From: Schmidtea nova
Taxonomy: Eukaryota
NCBI GenBank assembly: GCA_044892505.1
Contig: CM097882.1
Location: forward strand, 14,632,001 to 14,696,000
DNA: 64,000 nt
Direction: 5' to 3'
The position numbers were made by a program, and so were the translations under genes. The notes beneath the pieces were generated by a model that had not been told where the DNA came from, ran no database searches, and saw nothing but the letters and a program-made list of their open reading frames with translations. Shown here piece by piece: positions 27,997-38,641 of the stretch (positions within the stretch are counted from its first letter, which is position 1; each line of letters begins with the position of its first letter).

Positions 27997-29614
27997 TTCA
28001 ATATAATAATTTGAAACTTTGTTTATACATTTAAATTTACTTGTTGAATACATTGATTTAAAAAATTAAATTTTTCAGACAAAAAATGCCAAAGAAAGAA
28101 CCGGGCACACTGCCCCCATAAGGTGATCCAACCAAAAACTGAGTAACCCCATAAAAAAACTATGATTTCTGCACAAAAATTAACATTTTGCACATTTTAG
28201 AATTTAAAAATCAATAGTTGCACTTTTAAATAATGTGCAGAACTTTTTAAACATACTGACACTTCAAAATAATAAAAAGTTATACTTAATTATTTGTTTG
28301 CACTTTTTTTGCACTTTAAATTCAATACGATTTTTACATTTGTTTTTAAACGAAACTTTGGAACGAGATTTCGATATATTGGTTTGACCAAAATGAAAAT
28401 ACTTTACAAATATAATGTGTCTCGTCATTGCCTACATCTTTTGTCTTGGATGTTTTCTCAAATCTATCTTAAAAGTCGTATATTTCTTTAAACGAAACAT
28501 TATTACACGATTTTGGAACATGAGGGTTGAGAAAAATAAAAGGTTTTTAAAGCTTAAATGTGCGTCTTGATATGATTTACAACTTTTGTCTTAGAAGTTT
28601 TCTCTTATCTTTATTATATTTCCTTCTGTGCTTATTTAAAAAAGATTTTAGGGGGTAGTGATAGGGGGTACTCTCAATAATAATTATAAAAATAAAAAAA
28701 AACATGTGCGTGATAACTTATGGTGAATCGGGGGCTCACAAAATTTCAAAGTGATTTTTTGACGACTTTCTCACCTCCTATTAAAGGATTTTCAACACAA
28801 AAAATTTTCAGTGCGATAAAATCTACCTAACTGCAATTAGAAAAATTAAAAAAGTTTCTTTGCACTTAGAAAAGAATTGAAAAGGACAATTTTTACAAAT
28901 TTTTCACTGTTTTCACTTTTTTGTGTTTTTGCACACTTGTTACAAAACATCCTTCAACACATAAAATGTGAAAAATCAAAAAATCAGTAATCTAAAATTT
29001 AAACAAAAAATTTATGGAGGGGGAGGGGGAGAGGGGCTATGTGCTCAATAACTCATGGTGAATCGGGTGGAGGGTCTCACACCCCCTATTCCTCTGAAAA
29101 TTTAATTTAGTAGTTGACTGCAAAAATAGAAGAATCATACTAAACAACTTCAACAACTCAGCCAAAAAAAACAAACAATTTAGCAATTAAATCAATTGTG
29201 ATATTAGGGTACGATGAAACAAAAACAGATAAACAAAACTTGAACAAACCTAATGAAATTATAAAAATCATACAAACTGTACCGAATATAACCAATAAAT
29301 TAACGGCAAATGGTGAAAGAAAATGCATAATGAACACTCAATAATTAACAACGGAAATCCAGTCCACGCAAAAGTCAAACGACTAGATAAAAGAAAACTC
29401 GAAATAACTAAGAAAATATTCGACGATGTGTTAAAAAACAAAATCGTCACACACTCAAATTCAAATTAGTCATTATCCCTCATGGTTAAAGAAAATGAAA
29501 ATGATGAATTGCGAGTTTGCGGAGACTACATAGAATTAAATAGCACCACAACAGCCAATAAATACACAATCCCAATTATAAATGACATTATAAACAGGTT
29601 TAACAAACCAAAAC

Positions 29615-31527
29615 GATTCCCTATCATTTGGTCGAACATCAGGTGGTCGAAGTTTACTTGGTTGAAATTCGTTTCGTCGCTGTTCATTTGGTCGAGAATT
29701 CATATAGTCGAAATTTATATATTCAAAATTCATATAGTCGAATATGTGTGGTTTAAGTGACGATAATTTAGTAGATATTAGTTTAGGATTTAAAACTTTA
29801 ACTATTTAATTTAAATTAAATAGTTTCCAAAAATTAGTTTCCAATAATTTATCCCATACAAAATGTCGAAATTAAACTTTGTCATTAGTAGTAAAGGAAA
29901 AGTATGTATTTGAAGGCTATTTATACACAAAAGATAAAGAAGTAAACGGAAAAAAATATTGGCAATGTGAAATAAGAAGCTGCAACTCAAGAATGCATAG
30001 CACGGGCGATGTTATTGTAAGAACACCAAGTGATCTTCACCAGCATTCTCCATCTTGTGATCGTGTTTCTGCAGCAATTGTGGCTGGACAAGTACATCGA
30101 AACGCATTAGATTGTGAGAGTACAACCAAAAACATTGTACAACAAGCGATGTCTCAGGTACCTGTCGTTGTTGCACCTGCGCTGGCTTCAACTTCACCAT
30201 TATCACAAATTGTAAGAAGAAAACGAAAAGCAGCACTATCTTATGAAGACACAGAAACAGAGCTTCATGAAAGAATTATTGTTCCAAGGAAGCTTCAACG
30301 CACATGCGACGATATTGAATTCTTGCGATTTTCTTCAGAATAAATGATTTTATTTGCGTTTCCTCTTGGAATAGATTTGAACAGAATAGAACGGAATTAG
30401 TTTGCAGATGGAACATTCTATGTAGCTCCAAAAGAATATACTCAGCTCTGCACCATTCTTGTTCTACTTGGAAATTATGAAACTATCGCGTGCGTTTACG
30501 CTCTTTTAAAGAATAAATCAAGGGAACCGTATGCTGTCATGTTTCAGTTTTTGCGGGATTTGAATCCGGATAAACCCTTAAAACCCGCAAGCATCACCGT
30601 AGACTTTGAACAAGCACCTATGACAGCATTTAAAGAAACATTCCTAGACATCGAGATACACGGATGTTTCTTCCATCTGTGTCAAAATATTTGGAGACGA
30701 ATTCAAGAATCTGGTCTTCAGATCTTGTATGTTTCAGAGGCAGAATTTGCATTGAAGACTCGATGTCTAGCAGCAATCGCATTTTTACCAACGGAAGATA
30801 TCATTCGAGGATTCGAACTTTTGACACATGACGAAGATTATCCGGATGAATTAGACCAAATAGTCGATTATTTCGAATCAAATTACATCGGTAACATCGG
30901 CCAACGTTCCACAAGAAGACGACCGAATTTTCCCCATTCTATGTGGTCACAGTATGAACGAGTTAAAAATAGCCTTCCACGAACGACCAATTCACTAGAG
31001 GGGTGGCATAACGCACTGAAAGGTGTCATCTAAAAAGCACACCCGTCAATGGCAGCATTCGTAACTAAGCTACGTCTAGAAGAGTAAACTGTAGCACGCA
31101 AAATTGAAAGAGACATTGCTGGTCATCCTAAGAAATAAGACGAAGAAATACGAGGCCGTCAACGCTAGAATAAAGCTATTGGTGGATGGATATAATTCGA
31201 ACAATATTATGCAGTTTCTGAGAAGCATTGCTCATAACATCGCGTATTGAATGAATTACTTTTGTACTTTTGTACTGTTTTTACTCTTATGTATTTTAAA
31301 TACAAAATTTTTATTACTTTTTTATCATATATTTGTTTTATTTTATGAATAATAAATTTCGACAAAGTGATTTTCGACTTGTTTGTGTTTTGACCAATTG
31401 ATCTTACACGAAATGAAATTCGACCAAATGAACTTTCGACCAAAAGAATTCGGCGAAATGAACTTCGGCGAAATGACGTTCGACGAACTGATCGATTCCC
31501 AATCATTTGGTCGAAGATCATTTGGTC
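29615..31527 (+). mobile_element. MULE (Mutator-like) element with decayed FLYWCH-MULE transposase (about 29863-31246)
   Basis: 9-bp TSD AACCAAAAC / AAACAAAAC; subterminal TTTGGTCGAA / TTCGACCAAA repeats. Peptide FEGYLY...YWQC..RSC...H.H, FADGTF, VDFEQA, HGCFFHLCQ, RTTNSLEGWHN. Confidence 0.9.
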
Positions 31528-33082
31528 AAACAAAACTACTCAGAAAAATTGACTTAAAAAATGCCTATAATCAAATTTGTGTCCGAACAGAAAACATAAA
31601 GAAAACAGCAATCATCACACCTATAGTCCTTTTCGAATAAAGCAGAATCCAATTTGATTAAAAAACACTGCGGCAAATTTTCAACACTTCATGGATCAAA
31701 TACTACAAATTCAACAAAATACAGTTGCATATTTAGAAGACATTCTTATAGCGTCAGCAACCAATGAAGAACACATTCAAAACATAAAAAGCGTATTCGA
31801 AATACTTAACAAACATGAGTTAAAAATTAACATAAAAAATGCGAATTTTTAAAGACAGAAATAAAATATTTGGGACATACACTAAACTAAACGACAACAA
31901 AGCCCTTAGAAGACAAAATTAAAGCCAATTAAAACTACCCTTTACCCAAAACAACAAAAGAGTTAAGACGTTTCCTCGGAATTATCAACTTCTACCACAA
32001 ATACATATCAAAATGTAGTGAAATGTTAGCTCCTTTGAATGAATTGAACAAAATAAAGAGAAACATTAAAATAAATTAGAACGAGGAACTAATAACGGCT
32101 TTCAAAAAAGCAGAAGAAAACCTGAAAAACGCAAGTATTCTAAGTTGTCCTAACCAGAAATTACCGTTCATAGTCAACACAGACTGTTCAGGATCAGCAA
32201 TGGGTGGAACAATTTTTCAAGAAGAAAACAATGGGAAAAAAACACATAGCTTTCTTTTCAAAGAAATTAAAAACACACCAAATGAGATACTCCACATTTG
32301 ATAGAGAGTTATTAGCGTTACATGATACGATCAGACACTTCCAATATCTACTTGAAGTAAAGGAATTCGAAGTGTCCACTGATCACAAACCATAATTAAA
32401 CGCAATGAACAAGAAAAACCCTTCACCAAGACAAATACGACAATTAAATTATATTTCACAATTTAATTGTAAAATAAACTATATAGCAGGATCAGCTAAT
32501 ATAAGTGCAAACACACTATCAATAATAGAGTTTCCAAAGATGAACTCATTAAAACTGGAAGAAATAGACGGTATCTGGTACGACACAACAAATGACAACA
32601 ATAAAAGAATCATCGTACCACCAAAGTAAACAGAAGTGTGCACCATGAGTCATCGCTAAACAAAGGAAATGACGTCATCGGTACCCCCGCCCCGCCCCTG
32701 ATGACTCATTTTTTCTTTGTCATGACTCATCGATGACTCATCACATGACACATCGATGACTCATCACATGACGTCATCGATGACTCATTTCAAATTTTAA
32801 ATTTGAATTTCCAAAGGTCAAATAAAGTCAAACCTTCAAACAAGGGTATCATTCGAAAGGTCTTTTAAAGGTCTATACAATGGTCATACCTTCGAAGGTG
32901 TATGGTGGGTGCTCAACCTTCAAAGGGTGCAAAACCTTCAAACTTTTTCAAACCTTATAATATATATATATATATATCATTCGAAAGGTATTTGAGTGGT
33001 AAGTATGTTGGCCATACCCTCAAAGGTTTATGGTGGGTCTTTAACCTTCAAAGCGTGCAAAACCTTCAACCTTTTTCAAACC

Positions 33083-33153
<71 letters not shown>

Positions 33154-33376
33154 TTCGAAAGGTATTTGAGAGGTAAGTATGTTGGTCATATCCTCGAAGG
33201 TGCGTGGTGGGTGCTCAACCTTCGAAGGGTACAAAACCTTCAAACTTTTTCAAATCTTGTGTGTAATATATCATTCGAAAGGTATTTGAGAGGTAAGTAA
33301 AATGGTCATACCCTCGAAGGTTTATGGAGGGTCCTTAACCTTCAAGGGGTCAAAAACATTCAACCTTTTTCAAACC

Positions 33377-33435
<59 letters not shown>

Positions 33436-33777
33436 TTCGAAAGGTATTTGAGAAGTAGGTATGTTGGTCATACCCTCAAAGGTGTATGGTGGGTCCTGAA
33501 CCTTCAAGGGGTCAAAAACCTTCAAAATTTTCAAACATTATAATATATATATCAAACAAAAGGTAATTGAGATGTGCACACAATGGTCATACCTTCGAAG
33601 GTCTATGGTGGGTGCTCAACCTTCAAGGGGTCAAAAACCTTCAAATTTTTTCAAATCTTATAATATATATATCAAACAAAAGGTAATTGAGATGTGCACA
33701 CAATGGTCATACCTTCGAAGGTCTATGGTGGGTGCTCAACCTTCGAAGGGTGCAAAACCTTCAAACTTTTTCAAACC

Positions 33778-33848
<71 letters not shown>

Positions 33849-34089
33849 TTCAAAAGGTATTTGAGAGGTAAGTAAAATAGTCATAACCTCGAAGGTTTAT
33901 GGAGGGTCCTTAACCTTCAAGGGGTCAAAAACCTTCAACCTTTTTCAAACCTTATAATATATATATATATATATCATTCGAAAGGTATTTGAGAGGTAGG
34001 TAAGATGGTCATACCCTCGAAGGTGTGTGGTGGGTGCTAAACCTTCAAGGGGTCAAAAACCTTCAAATTTTCTCACACAAAGATTTCTC

Positions 34090-34236
34090 ACATGTTCAAT
34101 ATGTAATATCAATAGAGTTGGCATTTTATATTTACCTTGTGGACATGTCATTATTTGTTCAAAATGTTTAAAAAATATTGATAAGTGTGAATCTTGTGGT
34201 ATTAATATTGATGAATATCATGTGATATACATATAA
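34090..34236 (+). pseudogene. C-terminal IAP/MDM2-type C3HC4 RING finger remnant inside the Maverick
   Basis: CSIC-x11-CGH-VII-CSKC-x6-CESC followed by a 12-residue tail and stop. It is fused directly to the last subterminal repeat unit. Confidence 0.85.
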
Positions 34237-34329
34237 TGTCGTACAAAATATATGTATTTTCATTTAATTTATTTTTATCATTGGCTAAGGGAATGAACTT
34301 TGTGATTAATTATTAGTCTATTTTTTTTG

Positions 34330-36330
34330 TCTTTGTTAACTTGGCTTGCAACTGCCATGTCTTTGTTAATCTGACTTGCTAACAATACATGTCTTTGTTA
34401 ACTTGCATCTGTATTGCAATGTCTTTGTTAACTTGCATCTGTATTGCAATGTTTTTGTTAAAATTGCACATGAATTGTAGTGTCAAAATAGGTAGGAAAA
34501 TAAATATATATTACGTTATGGTAGTGTAATTATTTTATTTTGACATCTTGAAGGTTTGAAAATATATACACACACACATCTCAAATATCTTTCGCATGAT
34601 ATTTATATAGTTTTAAAAAATTTTGAACACTTGAATATTTTTTATTAACTTGCGTGTATGTCTTTGTTAACTTGTATCCACATTGCAATATCTTTGTTAA
34701 CTTGCATATGTATTGTTAAGGTGTTTTGGCATTNNNNNNNNNNNNNNNNNNNNNNNNNNNNNNNNNNNNNNNNNNNNNNNNNNNNNNNNNNNNNNNNNNN
34801 NNNNNNNNNNNNNNNNNNNNNNNNNNNNNNNNNNNNNNNNNNNNNNNNNNNNNNNNNNNNNNNNNNNNNNNNNNNNNNNNNNNNNNNNNNNNNNNNNNNN
34901 NNNNNNNNNNNNNNNNNNNNNNNNNNNNNNNNNNNNNNNNNNNNNNNNNNNNNNNNNNNGTTAATCAGGCTTGCAATGTCTTTATTGACTTACATCTACA
35001 TTGCAATGTCTTTGTTAACTTGCATATGTATTGCAATGTCTTTGTTTCGTTGCACATGGATTGCAATGTGTTTATTAAGGAATTTGGCAATGAAATGTCT
35101 TTGTTAAGAAATTTGGCAATGAAATGTCTTTGTTAAAGAATTTGGCATTGAATTGTCTTTGTTAAGGAATTTGGCAATGAAATGTCTTTGTTTAGTTATT
35201 TTGGCATTGAAATGTCTTTGTTAAGTTATTTTGGCAATGATATGTTTTTATTAAGGAATTTGGCAATGAAATGTCTTTGTTAAGGAATTTGACAATGAAA
35301 TGTCTTTGTTTAGGTGTTTTGGCAATTAAATGTCTTTCTTTAATTATTTTAGCATCAAAATGTCTTTATTATGGTATTTTGGTAAATGAAGTTGAATTGA
35401 AGTTGAATGAAGTTGAATTTTAATTAATGTTCGAATAATAAGCTTTGGCAGATAAAAACCATCACAAAAGATGTTCTGATACTATATGTCCTGCTAGTAA
35501 ATGTTCTGTTCGTGTCTCTGTTTAGTTATTTTGACATTGAAATGTCTTTGTTACGTAATTTAAAATGTCATTGTTAAGAATTTTGGCAATGAATTGTCTT
35601 TGTTAAGGAATTTGGCAATGAATATTCTTTGTTTAGTTATTTTGGCAATGAAATGTCTTTTTTTAGTTATTTTGGCATTGAAATGTCTTTGTTAAGTTAT
35701 TTTGGCAATGATATGTCTTTGTTAAGTTATTTTGGCAATGATATGTTTTTATTAAGGAATTTGGCAATGAATTGTCTTTGTTAAGGAATTTGGCAATGAA
35801 TTGTCTTTGTTAAGAAATTTGGCATTGAATTGTCTTTGTTAAGGAATTTGGCAATGAATATTCTTTGTTTAGTTATTTTGGAAATGAAATGTCTTTGTTT
35901 AGTTATTTTGGCATTGAAATGTCTTTGTTAAGTTATTTTGGCAATGATATGTTTTTATTAAGGAATTTGGCAATGAAATGTCTTTGTTAAGGAATTTGGC
36001 AAAGAATTGTCTTTGTTAAGAAATTTGGCAATGAATATTCTTTGTTTAGTTATTTTGGAAATGAAATGTCTTTGTTTAGTTATTTTGGAAATGAAATGTC
36101 TTTGTTTAGTTATTTTGGCATTGAAATGTCTTTGTTAAGTTATTTTGGCAATGATATGTTTTTATTAAGGAATTTGGCAATGAAATGTCTTTGTTAAGAA
36201 ATTTGGCAATGAAATGTCTTTGTTTGGCTTCTTAGTATCGAAATGTCTTTGTGTAATTATTTTACCAATTAAATGTCTTTGCTGATATTGCACATGGATT
36301 GCAATGTCTTTGTTAATATTGCACATGGAT
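34330..36330. repeat. 29/30-bp minisatellite array inside the Maverick
   Basis: Units GTTAAGGAATTTGGCAATGAAATGTCTTT (29) and GTTTAGTTATTTTGGCATTGAAATGTCTTT (30), with a GTTAACTTGCATCTGTATTGCAATGTCTTT variant at both edges. N gap at 34734-34959. Confidence 0.95.
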
Positions 36331-38022
36331 TGCAATGTTTCTTGATGACTCATATTTGTGTTAAAAAAATTTGTGTTAAAAAAAAATTGAACACATACAC
36401 ACATGAATATGACCATCATACTCAACTTTCAATTACCTTTTGTTTGATACATATAGTAAATAGTTTTGAACCTTGGACCCTTCGAGGGTCGACCACCTAC
36501 CTTCAAGGGTATGTCCATCAAACTCATTTATCAATTACCTTTTGTTTGATACATATATTACATAGTTTTAAAAATTTTGAACCTTGGACCCTTCGAGGGT
36601 TGACCATCATACTCAACTCTCAATAACCTTTTGTTTGATATATAACTTGTAATGTTTAAAAATCTTTAAAGGTTTTTGACCCCTTGAAGGTTTAGCACCC
36701 ACCATAGACCTTCGAAGGTATGACCATTGTGTGCACATCTCAATTACCTTTTGTTTGATATATATATATATTATAATGTTTGAAAAAGGTTGAAGGTTTT
36801 TGACCCCTTGAAGGTTAAGGACCCTCCATAAACCTTCGAGGGTATGACCATTTTACTAACCTCTCAAATACCTTTCGAATGATATATTACACACAAGATT
36901 TGAAAAAGTTTGAAGATTTTGCACCCTTCGAAGGTTGAGCACCCACCACACACCTTCGAGGATATGACCAACATACTTACCTCTCAAATACCTTTCGAAT
37001 GATATATATATATATATATATTATAAGGTTTGAAAAAGGTTGAAGGTTTTGCACGCTTTGAAGGTTAAAGACCCACCATAAACCTTTGAGGGTATGGCCA
37101 ACATACTTACCTCTCAAATACCTTTCGAATGATATATATATATTATAAAGTTTGAAAAAGTTTGAAGGTTTTGCACCCTTTGAAGGTTGAGCACCCACCA
37201 TACACCTTCGAAGGTATGACCATTGTATAGACCTTTAAAAGACCTTTCGAATGATACCCTTGTTTGAAGGTTTGACTTTATTTGACCTTTGGAAATTCAA
37301 AAATAAAATTTGAAATGAGTCATCGATGACGTCATGTGATGAGTCATGTGTTGAGTCATGTGATGAGTCATGTGATGAGTCATGTGATGAGTCATCGATG
37401 AGTCATAACAAAGAAAAAAATGAGTCATCGGGGGGCGGGGGCGGGGGTACCGATGACGTCATTTCCTTTGTTTAGCGATGACTCATGGTGCACACTTCTG
37501 TCTACTCACCAAAGTTCTGTAAATATTACCTACAAAATACCACAATGCCTATCACCCAGGAAACAGAGCCACATACGAACTTTTGCATACAAAAGTCTTT
37601 TGGCCTTATTTTAGAAGCGACGTAAAAACGTTCGTAAAAATGTCAAAAGAACAAAATAATAAAAAACAATTTAAAACAGTATTTGTAAAATTTCCAAGTG
37701 CGGAAACGTTCAAAACAATACATTTTGACATCGTCGATCCTCTACCCCAAACAACAAGCACAAATACTTGCTAACAATAATTGATCGTGAAACAAATTGG
37801 TTTGAAGCCATATACATAAACGAAATATCTGCAGCAAAGATTTTCAAAAAACTAGAACTAAATTGGTTCGCACGGTATGGTTGCCCAAAAACACATATCG
37901 CCGATCATGGTAGACAATTCGAATCCGAACTTTTCAAAGAGCTTTGTAACAAGTACAATATTACAAAAATTAGAACAACTGCTTATAATCCACAATCAAA
38001 CGAAAAAGTGGAAAGATTGCAC

Positions 38023-38641
38023 CAGTGGCGTACCTAGGGTAAATAGCGCCTATAGCAAACACCAATCTTGCGCCCCTACCCGACGATAGGTTACTTACGT
38101 TTTTTTTCTAAAAAACTACTTTAGAATTGGGTAAAAAAAGCACACAAGTTAAATCTATTAACTTTTTATTACAAATTTATCTTTCTTGCTTTAGCTGACG
38201 CAAATTGTTTAATTATATTATCAAAGTCAATTTCTTGGGTCATTTCTCGTTCTATGCTAAGTAAAGCAAGATCACATAATCGACTTTGGCACATCAAGGC
38301 TCTCAAATATGTAAGTATAAATTTTCATTTGCTAAATGATCTTTCGCAACTGGCAATAGAAACCGCGATTGTCAGCAATATTTGCAATGCTATACACATA
38401 TTGGGAAAAACGTTTTCATCTCCATACTGAACTATAAAATTAAGTAATTGTTCGGGGCTTGATAAACAAAAAACGAATGCGTGCTTTTTCCTACGCAGTT
38501 TTTTAATACACATATTTATATCTATAAAAATATTTTTTTAATTTTCATTTGCGTATTTATACGTTAGGCGCTTTTTCGCGCCCCCTTCAGTTGGCGCCTA
38601 TGGCACGTGCCATGCCTTGCCATATCCTAGTTACGCCTCTG
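38023..38641 (-). mobile_element. Internally deleted hAT element
   Basis: TIRs CAGTGGCGTACCTAGG / CCTAGTTACGCCTCTG, exact 8-bp TSD GATTGCAC. Minus-strand dimerization-domain remnant FPNMCIALQILLTIAVSIASCERSFSK. Confidence 0.92.

Larger units (their letters stand above)
32625..37506. mobile_element. Non-autonomous Maverick/Polinton derivative, both TIRs present, about 4.9 kb
   Basis: Exact 6-bp TSD CACCAA (32619-32624 and 37507-37512). Termini AGTAAACAGAAGTGTG / CACACTTCTGTCTACT. The TIRs mirror over at least about 750 bp (32625-33390 vs 36760-37506). No pPolB, integrase or capsid ORF is visible. Confidence 0.88.

Noticed and set aside
34960-36330. Regular short repeats that could be mistaken for a CRISPR array
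   Set aside because: The units are contiguous 29/30-bp tandem copies with no unique spacers, there are no cas genes, and the context is eukaryotic.
32902-37201. ORFs with IYIYIY or MVGAQPSKG repeats
   Set aside because: These are translations of (TA)n microsatellites and Maverick subterminal repeats, not proteins.
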